A stretch of DNA of 64,000 bases, from contig MU058844.1 of assembly GCA_013265495.1 (NCBI GenBank), forward strand, positions 8,615,490 to 8,679,489, written 5' to 3'. Of the stretch, positions 24,301 through 36,635 are shown one piece after another. The stretch comes from Vicugna vicugna (lineage: Eukaryota). The position numbers were made by a program, and so were the translations under genes. How positions within the stretch are numbered: position 1 is the stretch's first letter; the number at the start of each line of letters is the position of its first letter. The notes beneath the pieces are model-generated. The model had not been told where the DNA came from. It worked only from the letters and a program-made list of their open reading frames with translations, and made no database searches.

Positions 24301-25654
24301 TTATTTTTCTAAAAATTTTTATCAGCTGAACTTGAATTTCCAGAAATCTAGGGGAGGAGGTGAGGATGGATGGCATTAAGATAGTGCATTCATACTTCAG
24401 CAATCCAAATTATTTGAAGATCAGTTTGTTTTGTCTCTGTCTGGATACAGGATCACTTTCCAGTTTCTGGATCTTTTGTCTAATAGCCAGAGTGCCTTAA
24501 TTTCACTGGTAGTTACAGTGAGAGGCACAAGGATTGCTAGTTTCATGGGTTACAGGTTCACTTGCAAGCAATTTTTTCACTGTCTGTTCTCTTTTCTTTT
24601 CAAAAGCTAGTACTCTCTCAGTGACAATAACAGAGATAAATCAACTTGTCCATCTGGCTTCTCCTTAGGTCTTTGGGGGAATTAACTTGTTTTCTAAAGA
24701 ATAAACATTAGCATGACTATGTGTAAGCCAGGCTCTCTTTGGAATCAAGTCTCTGTTCAATTCTCTACCGCTCGTACCTCGACCCTTGTCCATATCATTT
24801 CTCTCCTTCAGGATCACATCAGTGCCCAAGTCTTTGTTTGCCTCCTCCAGGCACTAGAACCCACTTGGTTTGAGAGGGGTGGAGTAGAGGGATTACATTT
24901 GCTGGACAAGGCCTGAAATATCCATCTTCCTCATCTCTCATTTAGAAAGAACAGTAGCTGTTTCAGCTTTTTTGTGTGTACATGGATAGTGACTATTTTC
25001 TATTAAGTTGTCTACTTGCTTTATCCTATTTTTAGATATTCCGAAAAAAAGGGGAATTTTACGCATTGTAATAGGTAGGAAAAAAAATCTCTATTTTCAA
25101 GTAATGTCCTTTTGAGAAAATTAAGTGCTGCAGTTCTTTGAAAAAATATTACAAACAACCCATTTAAATGCTGAATTGTGAGCATTAATGGTTATTTATA
25201 GTGAAGGCCATGTCTAGTAAATTCCTTGAATTCTTTTAGAAGACAGTATTGGTAGAATTCTTATTAGGAATATGCTTTCTATGAGACTTTAATAGTAGTT
25301 CTATTTTTATTTGGGAAGAAATGAACCTTATAATACTAATTTTCTCACTTAATGGATTTTCTTCTGTTAAATAGGCCCAATTCTCTAATCTGGGGTGTGA
25401 AACAGCTTGCTTTGGCCTGTGTAGAAAAGTGTGCTTACACTATATAGGGGAGGAAAAATTCAAGTAAAATATGATTTTTAACCTCTCTTTGTGAACTGAA
25501 GAAATCTATCCCTAATTTTCTTTCATGTCACAATTTGAAGGTTGTTTTTGTAGAATCAAGGCTTTGAAACTGCACATGAACTATTGTCTATGGAGTGTCG
25601 ATTGGTGAGATAGGACATAATTTTTTAAATGCATGAGGAAACACAAAGGATATG

Positions 25655-25900
25655 TTTTTATTGATTTAATAAGTATTTCATTGTATGCCTACTCTATGTT
25701 AGGCACTCTCCTAATCACTAAAAAAAGCAAGACAGATGAAATTTAGATAACTTCATTTTATATGTATGGAAAGATAATAAATAGAAAAACTAATACATGT
25801 ATAACACAGTATCTGGCAATGACAAGTATAATGAAGGAAAATAAAGCAGGGAAGGGGCATAGAGTTGAGTGCATTTTAGACAGGACACTGTCATCTTGGG
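25655..25900 (-). mobile_element. L2 3' fragment
   Basis: gatttaataagtatttcattgtatgcctactctatgttaggcact...atgaaggaaaataaagcagggaagggg. Confidence 0.65.
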
Positions 25901-26439
25901 TAGCAGTTTGTATGTGTGTGTGTATATATATATATACATACCAAACCCAAAGCCAGTCTGGATTTAGCAAACCCAATTACTTACTGTATACACACACACA
26001 CACACACATATACATGTGTAGTTTTTTATAAAGTAATCCATTTGAATTTGAAATTTGTTGCTATATATTTATATATAGTATTTACTTATAATTGTATCTC
26101 TTTGTCTGTGGTTGTGTTTTCTTTTTTGTTTTCATACTTTTTTTTGCTTTCTCGTTTTTATACCACTTGGTTGATATAGTATTTCATTGGTCTTCTCAAA
26201 AATAAAAATAAGAAAGCCTTGATTTTAATTTATCCTTTCTAAATTTTTGTCTTCTATTTCCTAAATTTCAGTCTCTATCCTTATTTTCTCTTTCTATACT
26301 TTCTTTTAAATATCTTCTAATTTATCAAAATGACTCCTGAGTTTTCTCTATTCTAGGCTTTATTCTTAGTAAGTAATTCATTGACGTCCACATATTTTCT
26401 TTTGAACAATATAACAGATATAGCTCCTAAGCACATTTC

Positions 26440-27418
26440 ATAGGTGACCTTGAAAGATAATAAACAAAGAATCTTCTAAATGCAAAGCCAGGGGCCATGG
26501 AAGACAGTGATAAGGAAATTTCACAAAGTAGAAGATGCTAAGTGAGCTTTCCAGGGGATGACTCCATCATAACTAGATATGGAGTCTGCAATTTCTAAAA
26601 AGGAGGAATTGACAACCACTGTGGACCGATAACTCTTGGTATTTTCCATGCTCCCTTTTCCAAATGGGAGCTTTCTTTATTGCCATCCTGTTATAACTCT
26701 ACCACTGTATATTAATTATCTGGCTGAGAAAATATAGGTAGATGATCTTTAAAATATTCCTCATCAGACTCTGTGGAGCCACCTCCAGGTGTGGTGGAAA
26801 AAATTAATAAACCAGAGGGGCTAGACTTTGTGATGGATGCACTAAATGTATTGGATTTGGGGAGTTACCTCCCGGGAATGAGGCAAGTGTAATTTGTCTT
26901 CTGAAAGCAGAGTGCAAATGGATATTTAGATTACCAAAAACATGGAATATGAAAGAGATTACTAATTAGGTCCCAATATCCTTTTTTACCTAACTGCACA
27001 GTAGTAGAATTTTTAGGTAGTCAAATGCTTCATCACCCTAGTTGGAGATTTTATTTATTGTCCTCTTTGTTGCTAAATGTACCATGTGACAAAGGACAGA
27101 GCACCGGGTTGTGAATGGAAGTAATATGTCCAATTACTGTGTCATGTGCTAAAATGGAAGTGTGTGCCTTCCCCATGCTATTCTTCCCTTCCTGCTGCTG
27201 GAAGCAGATATGATGGTGTAAACTGGAGTGTCACTCTAGATAGGTGGATGGAACCTGTACAAAGATGGTGGGGCAATATGGGTCCCTGTCAATCGTGGAG
27301 TTGCATACTTACCCTGAACTTTCTACATGGGCATAGACATGACATATAATTTAAATTTTGCTTAAGATATTAAGTGTGAGTCTTCGTTACAGCAGTTTAA
27401 ACTGTATCCTAAGTAATA
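26440..27418 (+). mobile_element. MaLR internal fragment plus MLT1J-like LTR (LTR ~26945-27418)
   Basis: ttttccaaatgggagc...actgtatatt...tggatgcactaaatgtattggatttgggg (int), then accatgtgac...gaatggaagtaatatg...cttcctgctgctggaagcagatatgatgg...gttacagcagtttaaactgtatcctaagtaata. Confidence 0.7.
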
Positions 27419-28334
27419 TCAATGAGGAGGAGCATTCCTGGAGGAAGAAACAGAAGTACTGTGGCCCTGGGGCTGAAATATGCTCACAGTTTTAAGGATG
27501 AGCTATGATTTCTGCTTGGCTGGAGTACATTTTGCAAAAGGTTGAGACAAAGGAAGTGAAGTCAGAGAGGTGACAGGAATTGGCTGTGTGAACCCTCTAT
27601 CATAGATTTTATTGGGTATTATTCTCAGGGTTCTTAGAAGCCATTGGAATTTTGAGAGCTGACATGAGTTGATCTATGCTTTAGAAAATACGTGAAGTGT
27701 GAAGTCTTATTCTATCGATCTAAGACTATCAAAATGTCTGACTCAAAAAAACAAGTATGTCTTTCAGTCTCATAGTAATTCAAGAAAAAAAAACAACTGA
27801 GGCCTTGCCCCTCATTAGATATTATCTCATTATTGCCAAGAACATCTTTTAAAATCTGTCCCATTATTCTTCTGCTTAAAAACCTTTGATAGTTACCCAA
27901 GGATAGAGATTTTTTTATGTTTTCACAACACACCTAACTGGCCTGGTTTTCTGACATTTCCTCATACCACAGCATGGGCACATGGAACTACTTAGACAAC
28001 AAATGGGTGAATCAATAATTATTGTATGTCATCTGTGATCTGACAGATGACAGACACTGGCATAAATTATGTTGCAAAAGACACCTGTAAACAAGAAAGA
28101 CAGTATCTGCCCTCATGGAGCTTAGGGTTTTGAAAGGAAGATGTGTCAAACAGATAAATCCTGAGAATGTGTGCTCCATGTGAGCATCTACAACAGTGAC
28201 ATGGATGCAATAGAGGCTCAAGAAATATCTGTTGAATGTTGAATTTAAGTTTAGTGAGTCTTTCCAAAGGAGAATATAAAGAAATAACGGAGCATTTAGC
28301 AACAATATTTAACTCAGTCTAAAGCTCATACCAT

Positions 28335-28500
28335 AGCCAGCTCTTTAAATCTAAATTAAAATTAAATACAATTAAGGATTTTGGTTCTGAGATTCATGAC
28401 CATATTTCAAGTGTTCAAGAGCCACATGTGGCCAGTGGCTACTTCAAATGGACAACACAGATATAGAACGTTTTCATCACCCCAGAAAGTTCTAATGGCA
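28335..28500 (+). mobile_element. MER3/MER33-like hAT MITE
   Basis: catatttcaagtgttcaagagccacatgtggccagtggctac...ggacaacacagatatagaacgttttcatcacccagaaagttcta. Confidence 0.75.
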
Positions 28501-28599
28501 GAGAATCATGCCAGTGAAGCTGGTCTATAGGATCATAAGAGACTTTTTGGACAAAGTAGCCTGGATACTACAACCTGAAAGCATACATACCAAGAGTAG

Positions 28600-28817
28600 C
28601 ATGAATTGCTGGGGAGTGGTCTTCACTGATGGAGAGAAGTATTTTATTACTTAAGTTGTTTATAATTGTCAGAGCAGTTTTAATAAAAAGTAGGCCAACT
28701 TTTAGACAGTTTTTTTTTGGTTATTTTTAAATTATCTATAAATAATGCACCTCTTATTGCCTGTACCTGGGGCAGACTGTTCTCATAGCACCCACCCTCC
28801 ACTTTAGTGCACATTGT
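28600..28817. mobile_element. MER97-like hAT-Tip100 element
   Basis: Terminus aataatgcacctcttattgcctgtacctggggcagactgttctca...cccaccc. Confidence 0.55.
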
Positions 28818-28859
28818 CTAAAAGACATTCAGGAACTAGTTAAATGGTGATGGTGCAGT

Positions 28860-29440
28860 GGAGACTGTTAAAAGCAGAGGAAACACCACCTGTGAAAGTC
28901 CTGGGGTAGGAGGATACCTTGGCCTGTTCAAAGATATGATACGAATCTAATATTGTTATAACTTAGAGAGCTGGGATGTGGGGATGGGATCATGTTTGAG
29001 GTGATTCTTGGCAGTTACGGAAAGTTTAGATTGTATACAACTTTGTAATTCATTTTAAGGATTTTAATCTTTAAGCTAAATGTAATAGAAAAGCATCGAA
29101 GGATTCAAAGGAGGGGTGACATGCCCCTATGGGCACTTCGAAGAAATCCTTTTGTTTCTTGAACAGATCACTAATCGTGAGGCAGGAAGGATGGGTAGAG
29201 GAGAAAGATGCTATTAAATTAGGTCAGCAGTAGGTTTATTAAAATAATCTGGGTAAGAGATGATGATAGCTTGGACTATGATGGTGTCAGGAGATGTGCA
29301 GCTAAGTAGATACATCTGAGGTGTGTTTTGTAGTGGATGGCATGTTGTAGTGGGCAGTGAGGACAAGAAAGAGTTAAAGATGACTGACTGATCTCTGGTT
29401 TGTACAGTTCTGAGTGCCACCTACTGAAATGAAGATTTTT
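28860..29440 (-). mobile_element. L2 fragment
   Basis: gagatgatgatagcttggactatgatggtg...gtagatacatctgaggtgtgttttg...aagagttaaagatgact. Confidence 0.65.
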
Positions 29441-29756
29441 GAGCCACTAATTTTCAGCTGCCTTTGAAACAATTTCATTTTTTGTGGCTGTTTGCTATTT
29501 TGCACAGTTTCTTCTCTGTGAAAGACCTTCCCCTCCTCAGGACTCATTTTCTCAGTATAGTTTTGGCAGAGAGCCCCAGGGTAATTAATTTCTCACTCAT
29601 TTATGATTCTGTAATAATTTATAAGTAACCTGCGTGTAGGAGCAATCATATTATACAGTCTTGTTTGCATCCCCCAATAGATGATAAGCTTCCTGAGGGC
29701 AGTTACTAATTCTTACTTATTATTTTACTTCTGGTATAGCACAAGTATGTAACAGT

Positions 29757-30074
29757 GTGGAAGAAAGTCACCCAGAACATCAGTTATAAGTCTTTGTTCA
29801 GAATGTTAGAATGTGAGAACTCTTTCAAAGGCATGTTCTATTTTGGGAAAGAAAGGCAGAAAGTTTTCATAGCCTTATAGTCAAAGGGGTCAGCCAAAGT
29901 TCTGCTAATTTCTGGAACATGTGGTCAAATATGGTTCTAGGAGGAACGAGAAATTATTCTTGTGGTTTAGCAGCTATGAGTTGGGCAACTTAAGTTTAGC
30001 AAAAGGGGAGAGGAAGAACAATCGGGGGCTATGGTCACGAGAGGGCCATGATTAAAATTTTTCAGCCCTTCCAT
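29757..30074 (-). mobile_element. Old solo LTR, family unassigned
   Basis: On the minus strand it begins TG(gaagggctg) and ends (cttcca)CA, with a degenerate polyA signal (aacaaa) ~35 nt before the end. Confidence 0.4.
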
Positions 30075-30199
30075 TCTCTCAAATCAAAACTGTTAAATTC
30101 TTTTTTTTTTTTTTTGGATGAATAAATACAAAAAATTCTTATAGTTCTCTTTCCCTTAGACCTCACTATTTCTTCACAGCTGGAGGAAAAGTTCTTGTA

Positions 30200-30587
30200 C
30201 GAGGTATGGTAAAACATAGCTGACTTAACAAACAGACCCTGACATCGCTGTCTCAGTACACCAGAACTTTATTTCTCATTAAAGTCCTAGATCACTGTTA
30301 GTATTTCCACCCGTGTGAGCTTCTATGTGGTCTTTCTGGGCTCCTGCCTCCTCAAGGTCTTCAATATTTCTCTCTAGTGGGTCCTAAGGTAGAGACCCTA
30401 AAAAGGGATTATACGGGAGAACTTTTCAATTTTCTAAGCCCGGGAGAGGAGGCTATTACTTCTGTCCATGTTCCGTTCACCAGAACTCAGTCATATGGTC
30501 ATACCTAAATGCAAGGGAGTCTTGGAGATATGACATAGTCATATATCCAGGAGGAGGAGGGTGAGCATATAGCAATTTTTGCTACAG
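30200..30587 (-). mobile_element. MLT1J-like MaLR LTR
   Basis: acttctgtccatgttccgttcaccagaactcagtcatatggtcatacctaaatgcaagggag...gcaattttgctaca. Confidence 0.72.
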
Positions 30588-30799
30588 TTTTCAATAAACT
30601 TTATGCATAAATGAGTGAATGAATAAATTAAATTTTAAATTTCATAGAAATTTAAACAGATCTAAAAACATAATTTCTTTCCTCCTGTGAGGGTGAGTAT
30701 TTTCTTGGTGTTTTGTTTGATGGAGATTTTGGGTAGTTAGCTAGTTAAGATGTCTGAGTTAAATAAAGAACAAAGAATGTTCAGGGCAATTATTTATTT

Positions 30800-30929
30800 A
30801 TTTATTTATTTATTATTTTTGTGGGGGGAGGTAATTTGTATTTATTTCACTGGAGGTACTGGGGATTGAACTCATGACCTTGTGCATGCTAAGCATGCAT
30901 TCTACCACTGAGCTATACCCCCACCTCCT
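30800..30929 (-). mobile_element. Camelid-type tRNA-derived SINE with (TTTA)n tail and TSD
   Basis: ggaggtactggggattgaactcatgaccttgtgcatgctaagcatgcattctaccactgagctatacccc. TSD gcaatta(t/c)ttatt on both sides. Confidence 0.9.
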
Positions 30930-31699
30930 AGCAATTACTTATTGACAGGAGACACAAGTAATGTAGGCACGTCTATTTTGCTTCTTTCCTCCTGCCTATA
31001 ACATAATCAATGCAAAAATCAAATGTTAGGGTGGTTTTTCTTCCTAATACACAAATTTGGTCTTGGGTTCAATTATTGTACAGAATTCCTTGTAACCAGA
31101 ATAAAAAGTTGAATTATAGTCTTAACTGAATGAGTACTGTGGCAAATGAGAATCTATATGAATATAATCATCACTTAAACTCTCACAAATCATTAAAGTT
31201 AATCTTCCAGTAGAGTGTTACATGATTTTTATTCATTCTCTGTACGTAATATAGACTACCTTAATCTTCTTATTTTTAAAAGTTCACTGTAAATTAATCT
31301 TTGATACATCAAAGAAATTATATTCAGTTTCTTTAATATGTCTCTAACAAATATCATTACCCGCATAGTAGTCACACTTTAAGTCATTTGAATTCAGAAA
31401 GTTTCTACCTGAAATAACCAAAGAATTTCAACTAAAGATAAACCAGGAAAACATTCCAGTTTTTTTTTTTAAACTTGGAAGGCGTATGTATGCTTTTCTT
31501 TCATGATACTGTATCATTTTGGAAAATAAAATCACCTTTGTGACTTTTGATTTATGCAAGTGTCATTTTGTCCTTGAGTTGCAAAATAAATAGGATTACA
31601 AATCCCACCAACCTAGGGGTTACTCATACTTAGTTGATTTTCTACTGTTACAGTGAGAAGTGGCCAGGGTCGAAATACATAATTTGATAAAAATCAAAG

Positions 31700-31870
31700 C
31701 ATCTGAGAACTAGAAGATACATAAAAAGTCAGCTAGTCAAACATTCTCATCTTATAGATTAGGAAACAAGTTTAGGAGATAAAGTGACCGACTTCAGTCC
31801 TAGAACTCTGCAGCAACAAAGTGGAGGTTGACCACACTCATACTCACAGTCCAGGTTATTTCCATTAAGT
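31700..31870 (-). mobile_element. MIR SINE
   Basis: ctagtcaaacattctcatcttatagattaggaaac...aggagataaagtgac. Confidence 0.55.
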
Positions 31871-32200
31871 CATCAAATTTAAACTTAATATATATAAAAC
31901 CCTCCTATCAAGTATGTATTATTAGTTTTGTTCTCAGCATGCATTTGTGGTTGTAATGAATATATGGAATGGATAAAGTCAACATTGATAGATAATTATA
32001 CAAATATTCCAGTGAGTATTATTTTCACTCTATTACTATTAAGATCTCTTAGTGAAATGTGTGCGTGTTTTATGGTGGGAGAGCCTTGTGTCTTTGGGTG
32101 TGGTAAGGGTTAAACAGGAGTTATTCAAAATGTGAATATTCCCAGAGAAAACTGATGCAATTATCGCAATTCTCTTACATACATACATGAACACCTATGA

Positions 32201-32225
<25 letters not shown>
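32201..32225. repeat. (CA)n microsatellite
   Basis: Pure CA run read directly. Confidence 0.95.
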
Positions 32226-32231
<6 letters not shown>

Positions 32232-32829
32232 TTTTGACCAAGTGTTGTCTTTTTTGGTCAGTGATTCTTATCAATTATAGTTATCACTATTAGTACTTAA
32301 TTGCTCATTATTCAGTCATTCACACATTTACTCACTTAACAAATAAACATATTGAGTATATACTGTTTACTAGGCACTAGAGGTGCTTAGTGGAGCTTTT
32401 AACAGACATACAGAGATATGGAAAAAGATATTAGAGTCCTGAACTCACCTATATACACATTAGAATGTCTAAGGGCTGCGCCATAGAAGTAAGGATAAAG
32501 TGGAAGCAAAGAGGTCCTTCTAGGGAATTGCAGTTTAGCTTTGAATGATCTTAATCTCTGAAATTGGGTTAGGGTGATCCCAGTGTGACTGTGCCCCTAG
32601 GAGACTAGAAGTAGCATACTTTAATTCTCTCTGGAAGAAGATAACACAAATTTAGGATACAAATTTTTTCTAGCAACAATTTTTCAAATACAATGCCTGA
32701 CACTAAAAACCTAAACAAGAGGGACCAATGCAGAAAAAAAATTAAACAGTAAAAACACTTGTAACATTCAGGTCCTATGATATTAAGGGAACTGCATTGG
32801 GAAAAGATGTTCTGTTGAGTCTATGGGAA

Positions 32830-33990
32830 GCCGCAGTTGTAAAATCACAAACTATTCCTGGAGTTCTGGAAGAAGGTCATGCCATATGCAGTAGATAATT
32901 ATGCGCCTTTTGAAAGGTAGTTTCTGAAGTGCATTTGTCCCTGATAAAGATAGAGTGCCTAACCATAAGACATGAAATGGCCATTTATCCAGAACTATCC
33001 ACCATGAGACCTAAGAGATCCACAAAGTCATAAGGTCAGGCAAGACTGGTACTAATTTCATAAGGTGAAAGCACTAAATTCAGATTGAACATGAGCAGGA
33101 CCCAATGGCACAAGCCAACTGCATGAGCAGATGGCCTGGATCCCCACATCATCTCCCACTGCTGTCTGATCCCTTTCCTCAGCTAATAACTATAGCTATT
33201 TAGGAGATCCCTTATGAGCAGCTGATAGAGAAGAAAAGTTCCTGAGCTGAGTTGGCTTGGCATCTGGGGGTAAGGAAAAAATGGATAGCAAGCACAACAG
33301 TCTTGTTTAGGAGTGGCCTCGAAAGGCCACAGTCAAAAGAACATCCTCTCAGTAGGTGGAGCTTTGCACAGTACACGTGCATCCCTCAAGGCAAGAATAC
33401 ATGTAGACTCACGGGCAGTGACAAATGGCCGACCTGAGGGAGACAGATAGGAAGATAAGGAACAAAAAAGGACTGGGGTAGAGGCATATTTATGGATATA
33501 TGGGAATGGGAAGAAAGTATAAAGATTTTTGTGTCATGTATTATCTGGGCAAGACAGCATCGATCACGGATGAGGCACTAAACAAGTAGACTAAGCCAAG
33601 TAGACAAAATAACCTAGCCAGCTGCTATGAGGCAGCCTGTGTTGCTGGCTAACTCTAGTGCTATACCGTTGAGTGCATGAATAAAAAAGCCACTTTGGCA
33701 ATATTGGAGGCTATGTTTGAGCCCACTGAGGTCCGGTTTCACTAATGAATGTCCAAATTTCCAGCAGCAGAGTCCAATCTTGAGCCTCTAATAAGGCACC
33801 ATTTTACATGAGGCCTCTTCTTGGAAAGGCCAGCAATTTGTTCTGGCAGGAACTAATACATTTTCTGAGTATGATTTGCCTTTCCTACCTGCAGAGCCTC
33901 AACCAATATCACTATCTGAGAATTTAGGTAGTATTTGATTTCTGGCACAGGATCCCATGTAGCATTGCATCAAACCAGAGGTCCTATGTC
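32830..33990 (+). mobile_element. ERVL internal pol remnant (RT connection / RNase H / integrase start)
   Basis: 32861-32917 reads EFWKKVMPYAVDNYAPFER (ERVL GFWSKAMPSAADNYSPFEK) and 33116-33136 reads QLHEQMA. Later ctcagtaggtggagctttg, gaggcactaaacaagtaga and gatttgcctttcctacc are ERVL-like. Many stops and frameshifts. Confidence 0.85.
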
Positions 33991-34022
33991 ATAATATACT
34001 TCACATCCTTCTACAAACATAC

Positions 34023-34025
<3 letters not shown>

Positions 34026-34066
<41 letters not shown>
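34026..34066. repeat. (TG)n microsatellite, ~20 units
   Basis: Pure TG run read directly. Confidence 0.95.
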
Positions 34067-34069
<3 letters not shown>

Positions 34070-34099
34070 AATATATAAAGTCTGTCCACATCATTTATT

Positions 34100-34325
34100 C
34101 AGTGGTAGTATTGTAAGGTCAGACTACCTGAATTCTGAATTGTGTCTTGGCTTTGCTCCTCATTGCTCTGTCACTTTCTCAGTCCTTCTGCTCTCGGTTT
34201 CCTCACCTGTAAAAGAGGGATAATAATAGTACTCATGAGTTAGGCTTTCTATTAGCCCTTGAAATTATACCAAAGAATGTGCCTAACACTAAATAAAGCA
34301 GTGATGTTACATGTTATTTTTAGCT
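34100..34325 (+). mobile_element. MIR SINE
   Basis: ctcggtttcctcacctgtaaaagagggataataatagtac. Confidence 0.7.
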
Positions 34326-34379
34326 TATTAACCATGTTTTTTTTACTCTCACTTCTCTGTTAAATCTGGTAACAGAGGT

Positions 34380-34882
34380 GGGTCTATGATGCCAACCCTA
34401 CATAATCAGATTATTCCATTCTTCTTGTTTCACTAATGAGTTAGTTTGAACATATGACCTAAAATGGACCATCCAGAGTTTCCTGTGGACTTATTTTACT
34501 TCTGGACTTTATTTTTCTTAAACTGAGATTCAAACTTTAAAGATAAATTAGGTGTTGCACCACTAGTATCCATTTTCCAAGCAGAGCAAGGAGAGAAGGG
34601 GCTGAGGGAAGGAGAGAAAAAGAGAGAGAGAGAAAGAGAGAGAGATCTGATAACATTTGAACACCTAAATCCATTTATACCTGAAGGAAGCATGATCTAC
34701 TCCTAGATCATTTAGTTACTGAGCTATTAATTTTCTACTCTCTCTTTTCTTTCCTTCTTCCTTCCTTCCCTTTCTCCCTCCCTTTCTTCTTTCTCTCCTT
34801 CCTTTTTCTTTTCTTTCTCTTCTCTCCTTTTATTTATGCTAGTTTAAACTGGTTTTCTGTCACTTGGTATTTGACCAATACA
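34380..34882 (+). mobile_element. Old MLT1 (K/J-like) LTR with GA- and TC-rich expansions
   Basis: catatgacctaaaatggacc...catttgaacacctaaatcc...acctgaag...tttagttactgagctattaa...gctagtttaaactggttttctgtcacttg. Confidence 0.6.
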
Positions 34883-35449
34883 TAGATCTTCTTTAATGAA
34901 GAAATTATAACAATAACAATTTTAATATATACTTAAAAGATTTGAATGAGGATTAATGCAGGACAGACACAGCACTAAGATCTGGGGTAATTTTTAAAAA
35001 TGTAATATTGAATCTGTCGTGCCAAACAGTAGCATATATTTTATACATATGTAATCTTCATACAAATTATTTATAGGACAAAAGTCACCCTAAACATTGC
35101 CTGCTTATACAACAAAATTTCTCTCTCTTTTTGAACTTATTTCTGCTTATTATGAAGGAAATCATTATGTGATAAACATTTAGTCAAGGAATTCACTTTT
35201 GGGTAATACATATATTGAAATTTAATGTCATTATTGAATTTCAGCATATTATACCTTCTTGTTTAGATGAGAATCAATCACTGAAGAAAAATAGTCATTG
35301 ATTTCCCCCCAATAAACATCAGATTAATGTTTACAAGGGTAAAAAATACCAAATTTGGAATCTTGAAGGCTTGAACTTATGATTAAAAATACTTGACATA
35401 GATTCACAACAGCCAAGTGGACTGAAGTAATTATCTTGATAACAATTTT

Positions 35450-35800
35450 CAAAGACGGTATCTTGGCAATAACCAAGATTCATGGAAAAATCTGTGATTA
35501 CTACCATGGCCGTGAATGCAGAACATGACATTCAAAGTAACTGACAAAGTTCAGTTTTCTTTGTGCACTTGCAAGCAAAAGGACTTAGAAGAAGAAGCCT
35601 TACAATGGATTAGATTGCATATCTCAAAGTGTTGTTAGCACATAATGGCATGCTGGATCTCATTCAAGGCCTCTTCACTGTCACATTGTTCAATGGAATA
35701 TTTCTGTATTTGCATGGATCTGGAATACATTCAGCACATCCTTGTTAAGCCATCAAGAAAAATAATGGTTTTGCATTACTGGGAAGCAAGGAACCTTACA
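35450..35800 (+). mobile_element. Possible ancient LINE (RTE-X/L4-like) ORF2 C-terminal remnant
   Basis: Reads FVHLQAKGLRRRSLT, then (frameshift) WIRLH...YFCICMDLEYIQHILV, resembling LRRAFT.LRF...C.C...E...H.L of RTE-X C-termini. Confidence 0.3.
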
Positions 35801-36314
35801 TTTCATGACTTAACATTTCAAGACTGTCAGAACCTCTGGATTAGTTCACTGACTTTTTCATACCTCTTTTGTCTATATTTCATTACGAAGGTACAGTGTC
35901 AGAAAACCTGTTTTTGCTGAACAGTTTGCTGATTTTACTTAGGAGAAGAGAGATACTAAAAATGTTTACAACTCTACTTTGAAACTCTAAATCTCATTTA
36001 TTTTTCAAATCCGAAGTCCCACATATACCCCAAATCTTTTGTCTGATTTTCAAAATCTTTCTTTGTTCTAAGATCCTGTATTATCTTTACTAGTTACTTA
36101 GTACTCATTGTTGAGGACACTGAGGGTGGCAATAAAAATCACACCTTTACCCTACCCAGATTTTGAAACAACTGAAAAACAAGACAAACGGGGCAGACAG
36201 GGGATATGAAAAAATCACCTTCATTACTGATAAACTTGATGTAAGTAAATGTGGCTTAATGCTTATGGGCAAACGAGTTTACTAACAGTGTTCACCAGAA
36301 TATTATAAATCTAC

Positions 36315-36635
36315 TGTGGCAGAGACGCCAGATGCTTACCAAATCTTCACGTGCTTTCAGTATTCGCCAGCTCCCCTGCAGTTAAACTGACCAATGTGAC
36401 TAGTTCTAGATGTCATTCCCAGGTTAAAGCTTTTAAAATCTGATGTGCAATGCTTTGCCTTTACCTTAGCAACATCACCAGAAATTCATATGCTCATATA
36501 GTATGACAAGATGTAAACTGACTAGATCTGAGTCACTGCTTGGAAGTGAGTAGCTCTGGAGAACTACTGATCCAAGCTGACTTTGACATACGAAGTCACT
36601 GAGATTTTGTTACCTCAACATTGCCTGTTTCAACA
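36315..36635 (+). mobile_element. MLT1I/J-like MaLR LTR
   Basis: tgtggcagagacgccagatgcttacc...cccctgcagtta...atgtgactagttct...ctgagtcactgcttgga...aagtcactgagattttgttac. Confidence 0.7.
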
